Assembly: GCA_963682135.1 (NCBI GenBank)
Contig: OY821645.1
Location: forward strand, 768,001-832,000
DNA from: Methanothrix sp.
GTDB taxonomy: Archaea > Halobacteriota > Methanosarcinia > Methanotrichales > Methanotrichaceae
Reading direction: 5' to 3'
DNA: 64,000 nt
Shown piece by piece: positions 1-9,245 of this stretch (positions within the stretch are counted from its first letter, which is position 1; each line of letters opens with the position of its first letter). The notes beneath the pieces are model-generated. The model was not told the DNA's origin. It did no database searches and saw only the letters and a program-made list of their open reading frames with translations. Made by a program: the position numbers and the translations under genes.

Positions 1-186
1 TCTGTAGATACAATCGTCAGAATAGGAGCTCCCGCAAATGCCGTGATTGATACGGCCGGAGCGGAGAAGGTGGACCTGATTGTCATGGGAAGCCATGGTG
101 AGTCCGGTGCCTCCAAGTTGCTTATTGGCAGCGTAGTGCAGAAGGTCCTCTACTGGTCTACAGTTCCAGTGCTGGTAGTGAGATGA
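1..186 (+). CDS. Universal stress protein (UspA family), 5'-truncated by window edge
   Basis: Frame 1 reads ...IGAPANAVIDTAGAEKVDLIVMGSHGESGASKLLIGSVVQKVLYWSTVPVLVVR*, the typical USP C-terminal DLIVMGSHG...GSV...PVLVV motif. Confidence 0.9.
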   Translation, partial: SVDTIVRIGAPANAVIDTAGAEKVDLIVMGSHGESGASKLLIGSVVQKVLYWSTVPVLVVR

Positions 187-190
187 GTTT

Positions 191-301
191 ATGGAAGGAT
201 TAGTACTTGCTGAATCCCTGCTTTACACCTCGTTTGCAGTTGTGTTTGTGGTTGGTGTGATCCTGGGATTCTTTGTGATCAGCCTCATCGGTTCAAGCTG
301 A
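191..301 (+). CDS. Small (36 aa) single-TM membrane protein, not in ORF track
   Basis: ATG 5 nt after the USP stop; MEGLVLAESLLYTSFAVVFVVGVILGFFVISLIGSS*; followed by T-rich sequence. Confidence 0.5.
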   Translation: MEGLVLAESLLYTSFAVVFVVGVILGFFVISLIGSS

Positions 302-401
302 ATTCTGTTTCAAGAGGTGGGCCGAAGATTTCCGGCCAAACCCCTTATTTCTATTTTTCTAGTCACAAAGATGCCAAAAAAATATATTATGAAAGTCACT
401 T

Positions 402-1448
402 TTAAAAGTATCTTCCCGCTGTCTCCAGGCACCTGGCCACCAGTTCTGCTGCCCGGTCGATATCGCTGATACACAGCACCTCCACCGGCGAATGGATGTA
501 GCGCGTGGCCACACTGATAACGCCTGTGGGAATGCCGGACTTGGTGAGATAGATGGAAGTGGCGTCCGTGGTGCCCCCGTCCGATGCCTCCAGTTGCATG
601 GGTATCTCAAACTCCCGGGCCGTGCCTACCATCCACTCGAGGATCTGAGGAGTGGCTATCAGACCGCGACCTGAACCATCAGCCGCCACCACCACCGGTC
701 CCTTTCCCATCTCTATAGGTGCATCCTTCTTTTCGATGCCGGGATGATCTCCGGGAATGGTCACATCCGCCGCAATGGCGACATCAGGATCCAGGTTGAA
801 GGCGGCAACCTTGGCACCTTTCAGGCCTACCTCCTCTTGAACGGTGGCCACGGCATAAATAGTGGACGTGGATTTGGTTCTTTTCAGGGCCTCAATCATG
901 ATTATGAGCCCGGCCCGGTTGTCGAAGGCTTTCCCTGTGACTCTGTCACCTTGCAGAGAGGAAAATGTCCTGTCAATGGAGATGGGCGTGCCGGGCAGGA
1001 TTCCCAGGTCTTCCACCTCCTTTTGACTGGTGCAGCCGATGTCGATGAACATATCTTTGGCCTCTATTATCTTCTTTCTCTCATCATCCTTCATGACATG
1101 GGGGGGCTTGCAGCCGATGACGCCGATAATGGGCCCGGATCTGGTATGAATTACCACTCTCTGGTTGAGCAGTGTCTGGTCAAACCAGCCGCCGATGCGA
1201 ATAAAACGAAGGAATCCCTTCTCATCCACATGTTTCACCATGAGACCGATCTCATCGGCATGAGCCTCGATCATAATGGAGGGGGCCGCACCCTTCTTGG
1301 TGGCTATGAGATTTCCCAGTTTATCCAGGCGAATCTCATCCACATAAGGCGCAATCTCTTCTTTTACTATTTGCTGGATGGATCCTTCCCAGCCGGATAT
1401 ACCATGCGCATTGCTCAATTTTTCCAATAAAGATTTGATATCGCTCAT
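402..1448 (-). CDS. M42 family aminopeptidase (TET/Frv-like)
   Basis: AHADEIG, KAFDNRAG, QEEVGLKGA, GGTTDA and RYIHSPVE metal-binding motifs. Confidence 0.93.
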   Translation of the reverse strand: MSDIKSLLEKLSNAHGISGWEGSIQQIVKEEIAPYVDEIRLDKLGNLIATKKGAAPSIMIEAHADEIGLMVKHVDEKGFLRFIRIGGWFDQTLLNQRVVIHTRSGPIIGVIGCKPPHVMKDDERKKIIEAKDMFIDIGCTSQKEVEDLGILPGTPISIDRTFSSLQGDRVTGKAFDNRAGLIIMIEALKRTKSTSTIYAVATVQEEVGLKGAKVAAFNLDPDVAIAADVTIPGDHPGIEKKDAPIEMGKGPVVVAADGSGRGLIATPQILEWMVGTAREFEIPMQLEASDGGTTDATSIYLTKSGIPTGVISVATRYIHSPVEVLCISDIDRAAELVARCLETAGRYF

Positions 1449-1480
1449 TTAATCATCTCTCAAAATGCAAATCTAAAATG

Positions 1481-3016
1481 CTAGGCCATCCTCACCCTGG
1501 CACCCTCATTTCTGGCGCGGGTGATGAGAACCTCTCCACCCACTTCTCTCATGGCTTCGCTTGCAGCGGCCTCAATATCCCTACTTCCGGCATCCGTTAT
1601 GGCGTACACAGCCGGCCCAAAGGAGGACAGGCCCGCACAGGCCGCTCCTGCCTGCCGCATCTGCTCCATCAGCTTGTGCACTACAGGATGTTGCAGCATT
1701 ACTTCAACCTTCTTGAAGCCTATCTCCTGCACTCTGTTAACGGCTGCTGCGAAATCATCCAGGCTCTCTTCTACAATGGAAGGCACCATGCGCACCAGGA
1801 TCTGGTAGCATAGCTCATGCACCTCGGCCACAGGCAGGGGGCAATACTCCCGGAATATGTCAACCTCCCTCTTTCCATGAGCGCCCGCCGCGATCTCGGG
1901 CAAAGCCAAAATGATCTTCCAGTCACGAGGAAAGTCATGGCGCATAGTAACCGCCGCCGGTCGCACGCCGCCGCAGGCAGAGGAGGGCGAAAAGCTCATC
2001 TTGTCTTTTCCCGGTCCATAGCTATGCCCGCCGTCAATTAAGAATCCGCCCGCCTCAAAAGCAGCCGTGCCGATGCCGCTGGTTCCTCCCCTATGGATGA
2101 TGCGGGCGATATCGCGCACAGAGAGAGGTTGGCCATAAAGCTCGCACAGAGCCTTTCCCGCAGCAATGCCCAACTGCGTTCCCCCGCCCAGGCCGACATG
2201 CATTCTGTATCCTCTGCGTATTTGCAGACACGCCCCGCCCAGGCCCAGGTGCTTTTGCACCGCACGGGCCGCATCCAGAGCCCGATCTGCATTATCTCCC
2301 ACTGCCACCAGATCCTCACTTCTCTCTGCCTCCAGCAATATGTTTGGCTCATCTAAAGAGACGCCCACGCCGCCGTCAACGCGACCGCTGCTGCCCGTTA
2401 AATCAGTCAGGGTGAGATGCAATCGAGAAGGCGTCTGGATCAAAACCCTCTGCGAATCCCTAAAGCTATTGTAGGGAAAGGTCTCTTTTATGGCGATGAG
2501 CGGCTGACCATGACGAATTATCTGGTAGCTTCTGGTGAGCATAATCTCGCGATCAAAGACGCCAAAGGCCCGGCAATGCTCCTGCTTGGCCGAAGAAAAT
2601 GCCGTGCTCGTTATATCTCGCCGCGATTCGATGCGGTGTTTTTTGAGGATCACTCCTATGGGAATATCGGCCCTGGTGAGGTCATCTTTAAAGCTCGCAT
2701 CGAGCCTTTTTAGGGGTGTATGCGATACAGCATAGACCAAAGCCTCCCGGCTGTTTTCCTTCTTCAAAAGCACTATCCTAAAATTGACCTCTTCTCCCGG
2801 GTTTATCTGCAGCTCTCTTGCCACGGCCTCATCAGCCGGCACAACCCTCTGCACCAGTGTCTCAATCTCGATTGGACTTCCTGTGATCACTTCCAGAAGG
2901 TTGGTTACAGATCCGTCGGTTCCGAGCAAAATCTTTTGTACGGGACTGAGCCTTCCCACAATGCTTTCCAGCTCTAGAATATCTCTTGCAATAGGAGGGG
3001 AAGAAGATCGGACCAT
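1481..3016 (-). CDS. Fusion: chorismate pyruvate-lyase (UbiC/DUF98-like) + beta-ribofuranosylaminobenzene 5'-phosphate (RFAP) synthase
   Basis: N-half LLGTDGSVT...DIPIGVIL...R.Y.I (UbiC/UTRA fold); C-half TPSRLHLTL.DL.G..GRVDGGVG, HVGLGGGTQ, RGGTSGIG, GLSSFGP (GHMP-type RFAP synthase). Start set at ATG 3016; the ORF-track extension to 4048 is antisense to the HMG-CoA reductase gene. Confidence 0.88.
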   Translation of the reverse strand: MVRSSSPPIARDILELESIVGRLSPVQKILLGTDGSVTNLLEVITGSPIEIETLVQRVVPADEAVARELQINPGEEVNFRIVLLKKENSREALVYAVSHTPLKRLDASFKDDLTRADIPIGVILKKHRIESRRDITSTAFSSAKQEHCRAFGVFDREIMLTRSYQIIRHGQPLIAIKETFPYNSFRDSQRVLIQTPSRLHLTLTDLTGSSGRVDGGVGVSLDEPNILLEAERSEDLVAVGDNADRALDAARAVQKHLGLGGACLQIRRGYRMHVGLGGGTQLGIAAGKALCELYGQPLSVRDIARIIHRGGTSGIGTAAFEAGGFLIDGGHSYGPGKDKMSFSPSSACGGVRPAAVTMRHDFPRDWKIILALPEIAAGAHGKREVDIFREYCPLPVAEVHELCYQILVRMVPSIVEESLDDFAAAVNRVQEIGFKKVEVMLQHPVVHKLMEQMRQAGAACAGLSSFGPAVYAITDAGSRDIEAAASEAMREVGGEVLITRARNEGARVRMA

Positions 3017-3064
3017 AAAAATAAATCCTCCGGATGGAATAAAGTTTTTCCCCTTCCAAAGGAA

Positions 3065-4345
3065 ATGAGATCTATGACTTCCAGAATACCGGGATTTTAC
3101 AAGCTTGCTCCTTCCGAGAGGCTTATCGCTGTGGCCAAAGAGGCCGCAATTGGCACAGAAGAGGTCGCGCAGGCAGAGACGGGCCTTCTTCTCGACCAGG
3201 CCGACAAGATGACCGAGAATGTGATCGGATTGTTCCAGGTGCCGCTGGGAATCGCCACCAACTTCGTCATCGATGGCAGGGAGGTGCTCATACCCATGGC
3301 TACCGAGGAGCCTTCCGTCATCGCGGCTGCCAGCAACGGCGCGAGAATGGCGCGGGAAGCGGGCGGCTTTCTTACCTCCAGCACCGGACCGGTTATGCGC
3401 GCTCAGATTCAGGCCACGGGAATAGTCGATCCTTTTGCAGCCCGCCAGGCGATTCTGCTTGCTAAAGATGAGTTGACGAGCATGGCTAACGAAAAGGATC
3501 CCATGCTGGTCAGGTACGGAGGAGGCGTCAAGGATATCGAGGTCTATGTCATCGATTCTAAAATGGGACCGATGGTTGTAACTCACCTCATCGTGGACTG
3601 TCGGGATGCTATGGGTGCCAACGCCGTCAATACCATGGCGGAAGCGCTCGCGCCGCGCATTGAGCAGATCACCGGCGGAAGAGTATACCTGCGCATCATC
3701 TCCAATCTGGCCGATCTTCGACTGGTTCGGGCAAAAGCAGTCTTCAAGGCAGAGGAGATAGGCGGCCATGAGGTAGTGGACGGAATACTTCTGGCGGCAG
3801 AACTTGCCCAGGTAGATCCTTACCGTGCCGCGACCCACAACAAGGGCATCATGAATGGGGTGACGGCCGTGGTGCTGGCTACTGGAAACGATACCAGAGC
3901 CGTTGAGGCCGGGGCGCATGCCTTTGCATCGATTGGCGGACGATACAAATCGCTGACCCATTATGAAAAGAACCGGGATGGAGATCTTGTGGGAACCATT
4001 GAAATGCCCGTAGCTGTGGGCCTGGTAGGCGGAGCGACGCGCGTTCATCCTGTGGCCAAAACGGCTGTGAAAATTCTGGGAGTCAAGAGCGCAGACGATC
4101 TCTCTCGCATCATCGCCGCGGTGGGTCTGTGTCAGAACTTTGCTGCGCTTCGCGCCTTGGCCTCAGAGGGCATTCAGAGGGGACACATGTCTCTGCACGC
4201 CAAGAACGTAGCAGTGCAAGCGGGTGCCAAATGCGATATGATTGAGATCGTCGCCGCCCGCATGGCTGCCGAGCGCAGGATCAGCGTGGACCGAGCCGCG
4301 GAGCTGATGGCCGAGCTGGATAAAAAAGCAAAGGAGAATGTTTGA
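3065..4345 (+). CDS. mvaA: Hydroxymethylglutaryl-CoA reductase, class II (bacterial/degradative type)
   Basis: ENVIG, PMATEEPSVIAA, DAMGAN, ATHNKGIMNG and the C-terminal flap EGIQRGHMSLH. Confidence 0.92.
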   Translation: MRSMTSRIPGFYKLAPSERLIAVAKEAAIGTEEVAQAETGLLLDQADKMTENVIGLFQVPLGIATNFVIDGREVLIPMATEEPSVIAAASNGARMAREAGGFLTSSTGPVMRAQIQATGIVDPFAARQAILLAKDELTSMANEKDPMLVRYGGGVKDIEVYVIDSKMGPMVVTHLIVDCRDAMGANAVNTMAEALAPRIEQITGGRVYLRIISNLADLRLVRAKAVFKAEEIGGHEVVDGILLAAELAQVDPYRAATHNKGIMNGVTAVVLATGNDTRAVEAGAHAFASIGGRYKSLTHYEKNRDGDLVGTIEMPVAVGLVGGATRVHPVAKTAVKILGVKSADDLSRIIAAVGLCQNFAALRALASEGIQRGHMSLHAKNVAVQAGAKCDMIEIVAARMAAERRISVDRAAELMAELDKKAKENV

Positions 4346-5163
4346 CCTTGAGCTACAGGATTGGAAGCTTGGGGCCGGAGGGAACCTATTCGGAAAAGGC
4401 AGCTCGCCTCTGGATAAAGAGAAGGCCAGAGGCCAGCCTCGTCTACTTCAATGACTTTGAGGGAGTTCTGGAAGCAGTAGCATCCGGCCAGATTGATGCA
4501 GGCATAGTCCCCGTAGAAAACAGCCTGGAAGGAGCGGTAACTACCGTCATGGATCTGCTTCTTGGATTGGAGACTGTGATTGTGGGAGAGGTAAATGTTC
4601 CCATCAGACACTGCCTGGTAGGCCGGGGAGAGGCCAGCATCAAGGTTATCCTCTCCCACCCCCAGGCGCTGGCCCAGTGCCGACAATACCTGCGCGAGCA
4701 TTACCCAAAAGCCGAGATCAGGACCACAGGCTCCACCAGTCATGCCGCCCGCCTGGCCCAGGAGTTCCCGGAGATGGCGGCAGTAGCCGGTGCGGACACT
4801 GCCGAGAAATATGGACTGCATGTCCTGGCCAGGGAGATTCAAGATGCAAGCGACAATGTTACCCGTTTTATCGTGGCTGCAAGAGAGATGGCAAGAGCCA
4901 CCGGCCGGGACAAGACATCACTCGTCATTTACCTGGATAAGGATCGTCCCGGTGCGCTCTTCTCCATTCTAGAGGAATTTGCCAGGCGCAAAATCAATTT
5001 AACCAGGATAGAGTCACGCCCCAGTCGCAAGGGCCTTGGTGATTACTACTTTTACATCGACCTGGAAGGCCATGTGGATGATAGCGCAGTCGGGCAGGCA
5101 ATAGCCGCCATAAGAGAGAAGGCTTCCATGGTCAGGGTGCTGGGATCGTATCCGAGGGCCTGA
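4342..5163 (+). CDS. pheA: Prephenate dehydratase (PDT-ACT)
   Basis: LGPEGTYS, PVENSLEG, SHPQALAQC, NVTRF, LTRIESRP, VLGSYP. Confidence 0.95.
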   Translation: MTLSYRIGSLGPEGTYSEKAARLWIKRRPEASLVYFNDFEGVLEAVASGQIDAGIVPVENSLEGAVTTVMDLLLGLETVIVGEVNVPIRHCLVGRGEASIKVILSHPQALAQCRQYLREHYPKAEIRTTGSTSHAARLAQEFPEMAAVAGADTAEKYGLHVLAREIQDASDNVTRFIVAAREMARATGRDKTSLVIYLDKDRPGALFSILEEFARRKINLTRIESRPSRKGLGDYYFYIDLEGHVDDSAVGQAIAAIREKASMVRVLGSYPRA

Positions 5164-5167
5164 ACCT

Positions 5168-6007
5168 TTGAACGGAGATGATTTGATGGCTACGAAAGAG
5201 CGGCCTGGAATTGTCCTTGCTCCCTATGGCACTCTTTTTCCTTCTGCCCTGGCAACTTATAACCAGATCCAAGAGACTTATGAGCACATATTTCCCGGCT
5301 CTCCCATCCGGCTGGCCTTTACCTCCAATCTCATGAGAAAAAGGCTGCAAGAAAAGGAAGGCATCAGCATCCCAGGCATTCAGAATGCGCTTGAGGAGCT
5401 ATGCGATCAGGGATCTCGCAGTGTGGTTGTCCAGTCTCTGCAGATCGTGCCGGGTGGAGAGTTTCACCAGGTGGCGGCCTTGGTTATGGGAATGAAAGAG
5501 AGAGATCCGGCCTTCTCGCGCCTGGAGATAGGCCTACCTCTGCTCTCCAGCCTGCCGGACTGCCGGAATGTTTCATCCCTCATTCCAGCCATATGCAGTG
5601 GAGGCGCATATCACCGGGTCCGGGAGAAAGAAGCGGTGCTTCTGGTGGGCCACGGCAGCGGCCATCCTGCCGATGCTCTCTATTCGCTGATGTACCAGGT
5701 CATAAGAGAGGAGCATGAGAATGTCTTCCTGGGCACGATCGATGGCTTTTGCGGCATTGCCGGCCTCTTGCCGGATCTGCTCGGCTCTGGGCGAAGAGCT
5801 GTGCGGCTCTTGCCATTTATGCTCGTAGAGGGAGGACACGCAGAAAACGATATCTTCGGCCCGAGCCCCGAGTCCTGGAAAAGCATTTTGGAGAAAGCTG
5901 GGTATGAAGTTGTGGCTGATCGGCGCGGCCTGGGAGATAGAGCGGAAATAGTCTCTCTATTCCTGGAGCACACCAGAAATGCCCTGCAAAGAATGAAAAA
6001 AGGGTAG
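5168..6007 (+). CDS. cbiK: Sirohydrochlorin cobaltochelatase (CbiK family)
   Basis: LAFTS, SLQIVPGGEF, VGHGSGH and PFMLVEGGHAENDI His motifs. Confidence 0.85.
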   Translation: MNGDDLMATKERPGIVLAPYGTLFPSALATYNQIQETYEHIFPGSPIRLAFTSNLMRKRLQEKEGISIPGIQNALEELCDQGSRSVVVQSLQIVPGGEFHQVAALVMGMKERDPAFSRLEIGLPLLSSLPDCRNVSSLIPAICSGGAYHRVREKEAVLLVGHGSGHPADALYSLMYQVIREEHENVFLGTIDGFCGIAGLLPDLLGSGRRAVRLLPFMLVEGGHAENDIFGPSPESWKSILEKAGYEVVADRRGLGDRAEIVSLFLEHTRNALQRMKKG

Positions 6008-6188
6008 CATGCCAATACGGGATGACTTTCTAGCAGCTGAAGATATAATCTATTTTGACCAACAGGTATTTAGACTAGTGCATGCATTTCGTGAAGGTTG
6101 CAATGGCATCGATCCAAGGAACATTTAGTGAGATGTTTTTGTGGCATAAGTCGATTCTTTGAGTCGATAAAACGGTAAGTGAGTTAAA

Positions 6189-6389
6189 ATGGAAAGATAC
6201 GGAAGCGGCAGCAGAGGCGGCTTTAGCAGCGGCCCCAGAGAGATGCACGATGCCACCTGCGCAGAGTGCGGAAAGACATGTCAAGTTCCCTTCAAGCCCG
6301 ATGGATCCAGGCCCGTGTATTGCAGCGATTGCTACCAGAAGCACAAGCCTGCAAGATCAGGTTCATCCAGGCCACCCAGAAGATACTGA
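6189..6389 (+). CDS. CxxC-x17-CxxC zinc-ribbon small protein
   Basis: REMHDATCAECGKTCQVPFKPDGSRPVYCSDCY. Confidence 0.9.
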   Translation: MERYGSGSRGGFSSGPREMHDATCAECGKTCQVPFKPDGSRPVYCSDCYQKHKPARSGSSRPPRRY

Positions 6390-6459
6390 GTAGCTTGATA
6401 ATTATTTAATCAATCTGTCCTGGCAAGACGCGATCATTCGCAACTTGCGGATCAGATAA

Positions 6460-6492
6460 GCAGGGCCAAAAGGGTTGGTTCCTGCCTTTTTT
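6460..6492 (+). terminator. Hairpin plus T-tract after the CxxC-x17-CxxC gene
   Basis: gcagggccaa...ttggttcctgc followed by tttttt. Confidence 0.45.
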
Positions 6493-6690
6493 GATTCTCA
6501 AAAACCTTGTACGGCTGATTAATTACAACATCTATCCTTTCGGCTTTTTCGCTGAAATTGCTCATGACAGGATAATGATTTAATATTAGAAAGAAATAGT
6601 GATAGCAATGCAACTTATAGAAAAATTCTTAGACGATACCCTAGTGGATGATATCCTTAAAGAAGCAGCCGATGGATACGGAGACCAGAT

Positions 6691-7200
6691 ATGGATTTTA
6701 TAAATGAAAAAAAGGTGCACTATTCGTCAGGCTCATGTGCCAATTGCGGCAACATTGCATCAGCCGCAAAGGCAGCGCACCGCACTGACGAGATGAAGCT
6801 GTGCAACTCCTGCCTGGAAGAACGACATATCATATTAGACGATATGAGGAGCAATGTAAGAAAGCAATTCGATTTGGCCCGATCACCAAACCTGCGCAGT
6901 TGCTTCTTGAAGATGCTTCTCCATAAAGAGGTAGACCTTGCCCCTGCCGGCTGGAGAACCGGAATGGCACTGGGATTAGAACTGAAGGACGCAGGCTTTG
7001 CCCTTCAAGAAACACGGCAAATCCTGCTCCAGGCAAAAGCGAATTCAAATGTGGTGGACAGGCTTCTGGATAATATCTACCGGAAGAAAGGTAAGTGCTC
7101 TTTGGCTTGCGAGCAGATCCGGGGGCTGAATGTGACCTGTGATCAATGCCCCGGTCAATACAGGATAGCTTCGCGTGAACACAGCACAGAGATATGCTGA
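6691..7200 (+). CDS. Cys-rich hypothetical protein (N-terminal Zn finger; C-terminal region resembling the primase large-subunit Fe-S domain)
   Basis: CANC...CNSC at the N-terminus; RSCFLKML...GMALGLELKDAG...NIY...LACEQIR..TCDQCP. Confidence 0.6.
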   Translation: MDFINEKKVHYSSGSCANCGNIASAAKAAHRTDEMKLCNSCLEERHIILDDMRSNVRKQFDLARSPNLRSCFLKMLLHKEVDLAPAGWRTGMALGLELKDAGFALQETRQILLQAKANSNVVDRLLDNIYRKKGKCSLACEQIRGLNVTCDQCPGQYRIASREHSTEIC

Positions 7201-7270
7201 TAGAGACATGCTAAGAGAGAGATGCCGATACAGCAGAGTATAATTACCTGAATGTCGTTTCAGTAGATAG

Positions 7271-7639
7271 ATGGCTGAAAAGAAGAACTACTGGGATATG
7301 CAAAAGTCGTTCTGGAAGACACCTGCAGGAATTGCGATATGGATACTGCTCCTGTCGGCAATCCTGGTCGGCGGCCTGCTGGCCCTCAACGTCTTTGGTT
7401 CCCCTTATCCGATAATAGAGTCATTTCATGCTGATCCCGTGGTCGTAAGACCCGGCGGCGCCAGCAACTTGAGCTGGAGCGTGATCGGCGCAAGCCAGGT
7501 GAAGATCGACCCGGGAGTGGGCGAGGTAGCGCTCAGGGGCTTTATAAATGTAGAGCCATTCGAGACTACTACTTATAGGATTACAGCGATAAACGGATCG
7601 ATAAATAGATCCACGACGCTCAGAGTAATGGTAGAATAA
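7271..7639 (+). CDS. Membrane-anchored protein with small Ig-like beta domain
   Basis: TM helix (IAIWILLLSAILVGGLLAL) then P.IESF.A.P..V..G....LSWSV...TTTY.ITA.N. Confidence 0.75.
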   Translation: MAEKKNYWDMQKSFWKTPAGIAIWILLLSAILVGGLLALNVFGSPYPIIESFHADPVVVRPGGASNLSWSVIGASQVKIDPGVGEVALRGFINVEPFETTTYRITAINGSINRSTTLRVMVE

Positions 7640-7676
7640 GTCTCTTATCATTTGAAAAGATCAAGGGGGTCAGGTC

Positions 7677-8387
7677 ATGATTTCCAACTCGACGTGCAAT
7701 ATCGGGAGTAAAGCCGGATCATCAAATATACTATTACTACTAATATTTTGTATTTCATATTCGCTCATTATCATTCCCACTATTGTCTCCGCTTCCCAGG
7801 ATGAGGCATATGGGATAGTCACGAATGTTGTTGATGGTGATACCTTCGACGTTACCATGGAGAAGGCCAATGAAAAAGTGCTCTACCGCGTGGAGCGAAT
7901 TCGCCTGGCTGATGTCGATTCACCGGAAATGAAATCAGAAAAGGGTCCAGCTGCAAGGGATTTTACCTATGCGGTGCTCATGAACAAGAGGGTCTTCCTT
8001 GATATCGACGATTTTTCAGAAAACGGTCGGGATAGCTATGGCAGGATGATATGTGTGGCATATCTCTCTGGATTTTACGGCCAGCCGATAGCTGCACCCA
8101 ATTTCAACCGCCTTTTGGTGGACAGCGGACACGCCGGATTGGATAACTTCACCAATAATGAGTTTGATCCCCAGGATTGGAGGTCCACAAAGGCTCCAGG
8201 GACTTATGCCCAGCCATTGCAGGGTCTGGGGTCCGACCTCAAGAAGAATTTCACCGAAGATCTGCTCCCCCGGCTACAGGAGTCGGCAGGACAGGAGTTG
8301 AACAAGGCGGCCGCAGAGAGCTGGGATTGGCTAAAGGGACAGATAGGGGTTGGAATCGCTAATAGTAATAAAGCCGGGCCTAGCTAG
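7677..8387 (+). CDS. Secreted thermonuclease (SNase) family protein
   Basis: Hydrophobic N-terminus; VVDGDTF, RIRLADVDSPE, DSYGRMIC, NRLLVDSGHA. Confidence 0.88.
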   Translation: MISNSTCNIGSKAGSSNILLLLIFCISYSLIIIPTIVSASQDEAYGIVTNVVDGDTFDVTMEKANEKVLYRVERIRLADVDSPEMKSEKGPAARDFTYAVLMNKRVFLDIDDFSENGRDSYGRMICVAYLSGFYGQPIAAPNFNRLLVDSGHAGLDNFTNNEFDPQDWRSTKAPGTYAQPLQGLGSDLKKNFTEDLLPRLQESAGQELNKAAAESWDWLKGQIGVGIANSNKAGPS

Positions 8388-8409
8388 AGCAATGATTGAT
8401 ATTTGATGA

Positions 8410-8434
8410 ATACCCCGCAGCTTGCTGCGCGGGT
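8410..8434. repeat. GC-rich palindrome at the left edge of the AbiE island
   Basis: ataccccgcagcttgctgcgcgggt: ccgcagc/gctgcg(c)gg hairpin. Confidence 0.5.
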
Positions 8435-8465
8435 GCGCCGCCGCAATTTCACTTTGTGCGAGAAA

Positions 8466-9245
8466 TTATAGTAAATAATATTCGAGTGACAGAATTGTTC
8501 TCGTGAATACCTCATTAAAATCTGGGATGGCCCCAATCTGGTGGTGCAATGATGCATTCCAGGATGCTGCAAAACTGCTCTGCTTTTCTATAAGTGGCGA
8601 TATGCTAAGAGTAATATTCTTACATTTGCATTTATTATGAATGATTGATTTCACTCGTTCACGATCTACGATGTCTGATAATTGATCGATATCGTACAAG
8701 TCTCGAGATCGCGTTCGTTGAAAGAGTGATCGAATCTTTTCTGCCATAATCTCGTCAATAGAATACGATGTAATCGAGGCATCAAATGAGTCAGAAAATT
8801 GGTGATGTATCGGCATTTTTTCTACGGGAAGCATGATCATTTCGTTCTTTGGTTCTGTGATATCCAATTTAATTGTTATAGGGGCCAACGTACTACGATT
8901 AATAATTCTAAACTTTGCGATTGCGCGAAAACCACTCTTGGTATCTATAATGTCAATATCATCTTCGAATTGTATCCCGCATTCTTCTCGTGTCCTTGTG
9001 ATTGACTTTGTGATCAGGTTCTGCAGAGCATCCAGATCCAAGTTCTTAGTTAAGGTAAAATCTAGATCATCAGAAAACCGATAATTTTCGATAAATACTT
9101 TTCTTATGCATGTTCCGCCTTTGAATACCATCTCTCTTGTATCGAGATATGCAAGCAGCCAATTTTGCGCATAATCGCGTTCGATTGTCGAGGGTGGCAC
9201 AGACAATCTTCTCGCTATTTCTTTGATTTCTCTGATGGGAATCAT
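8466..9245 (-). CDS. abiEii: Type IV TA toxin, AbiEii nucleotidyltransferase
   Basis: ERDY, VFKGGTCI, YRFSDDLDF, EIMAEKIRSL..R...RDLYD. Confidence 0.92.
   Translation of the reverse strand: MIPIREIKEIARRLSVPPSTIERDYAQNWLLAYLDTREMVFKGGTCIRKVFIENYRFSDDLDFTLTKNLDLDALQNLITKSITRTREECGIQFEDDIDIIDTKSGFRAIAKFRIINRSTLAPITIKLDITEPKNEMIMLPVEKMPIHHQFSDSFDASITSYSIDEIMAEKIRSLFQRTRSRDLYDIDQLSDIVDRERVKSIIHNKCKCKNITLSISPLIEKQSSFAASWNASLHHQIGAIPDFNEVFTRTILSLEYYLL

Noticed and set aside
3017-4048. N-terminal 344-aa extension of the 855-aa ORF
   Set aside because: Antisense shadow of the HMG-CoA reductase gene; recognisable domains start at ATG 3016
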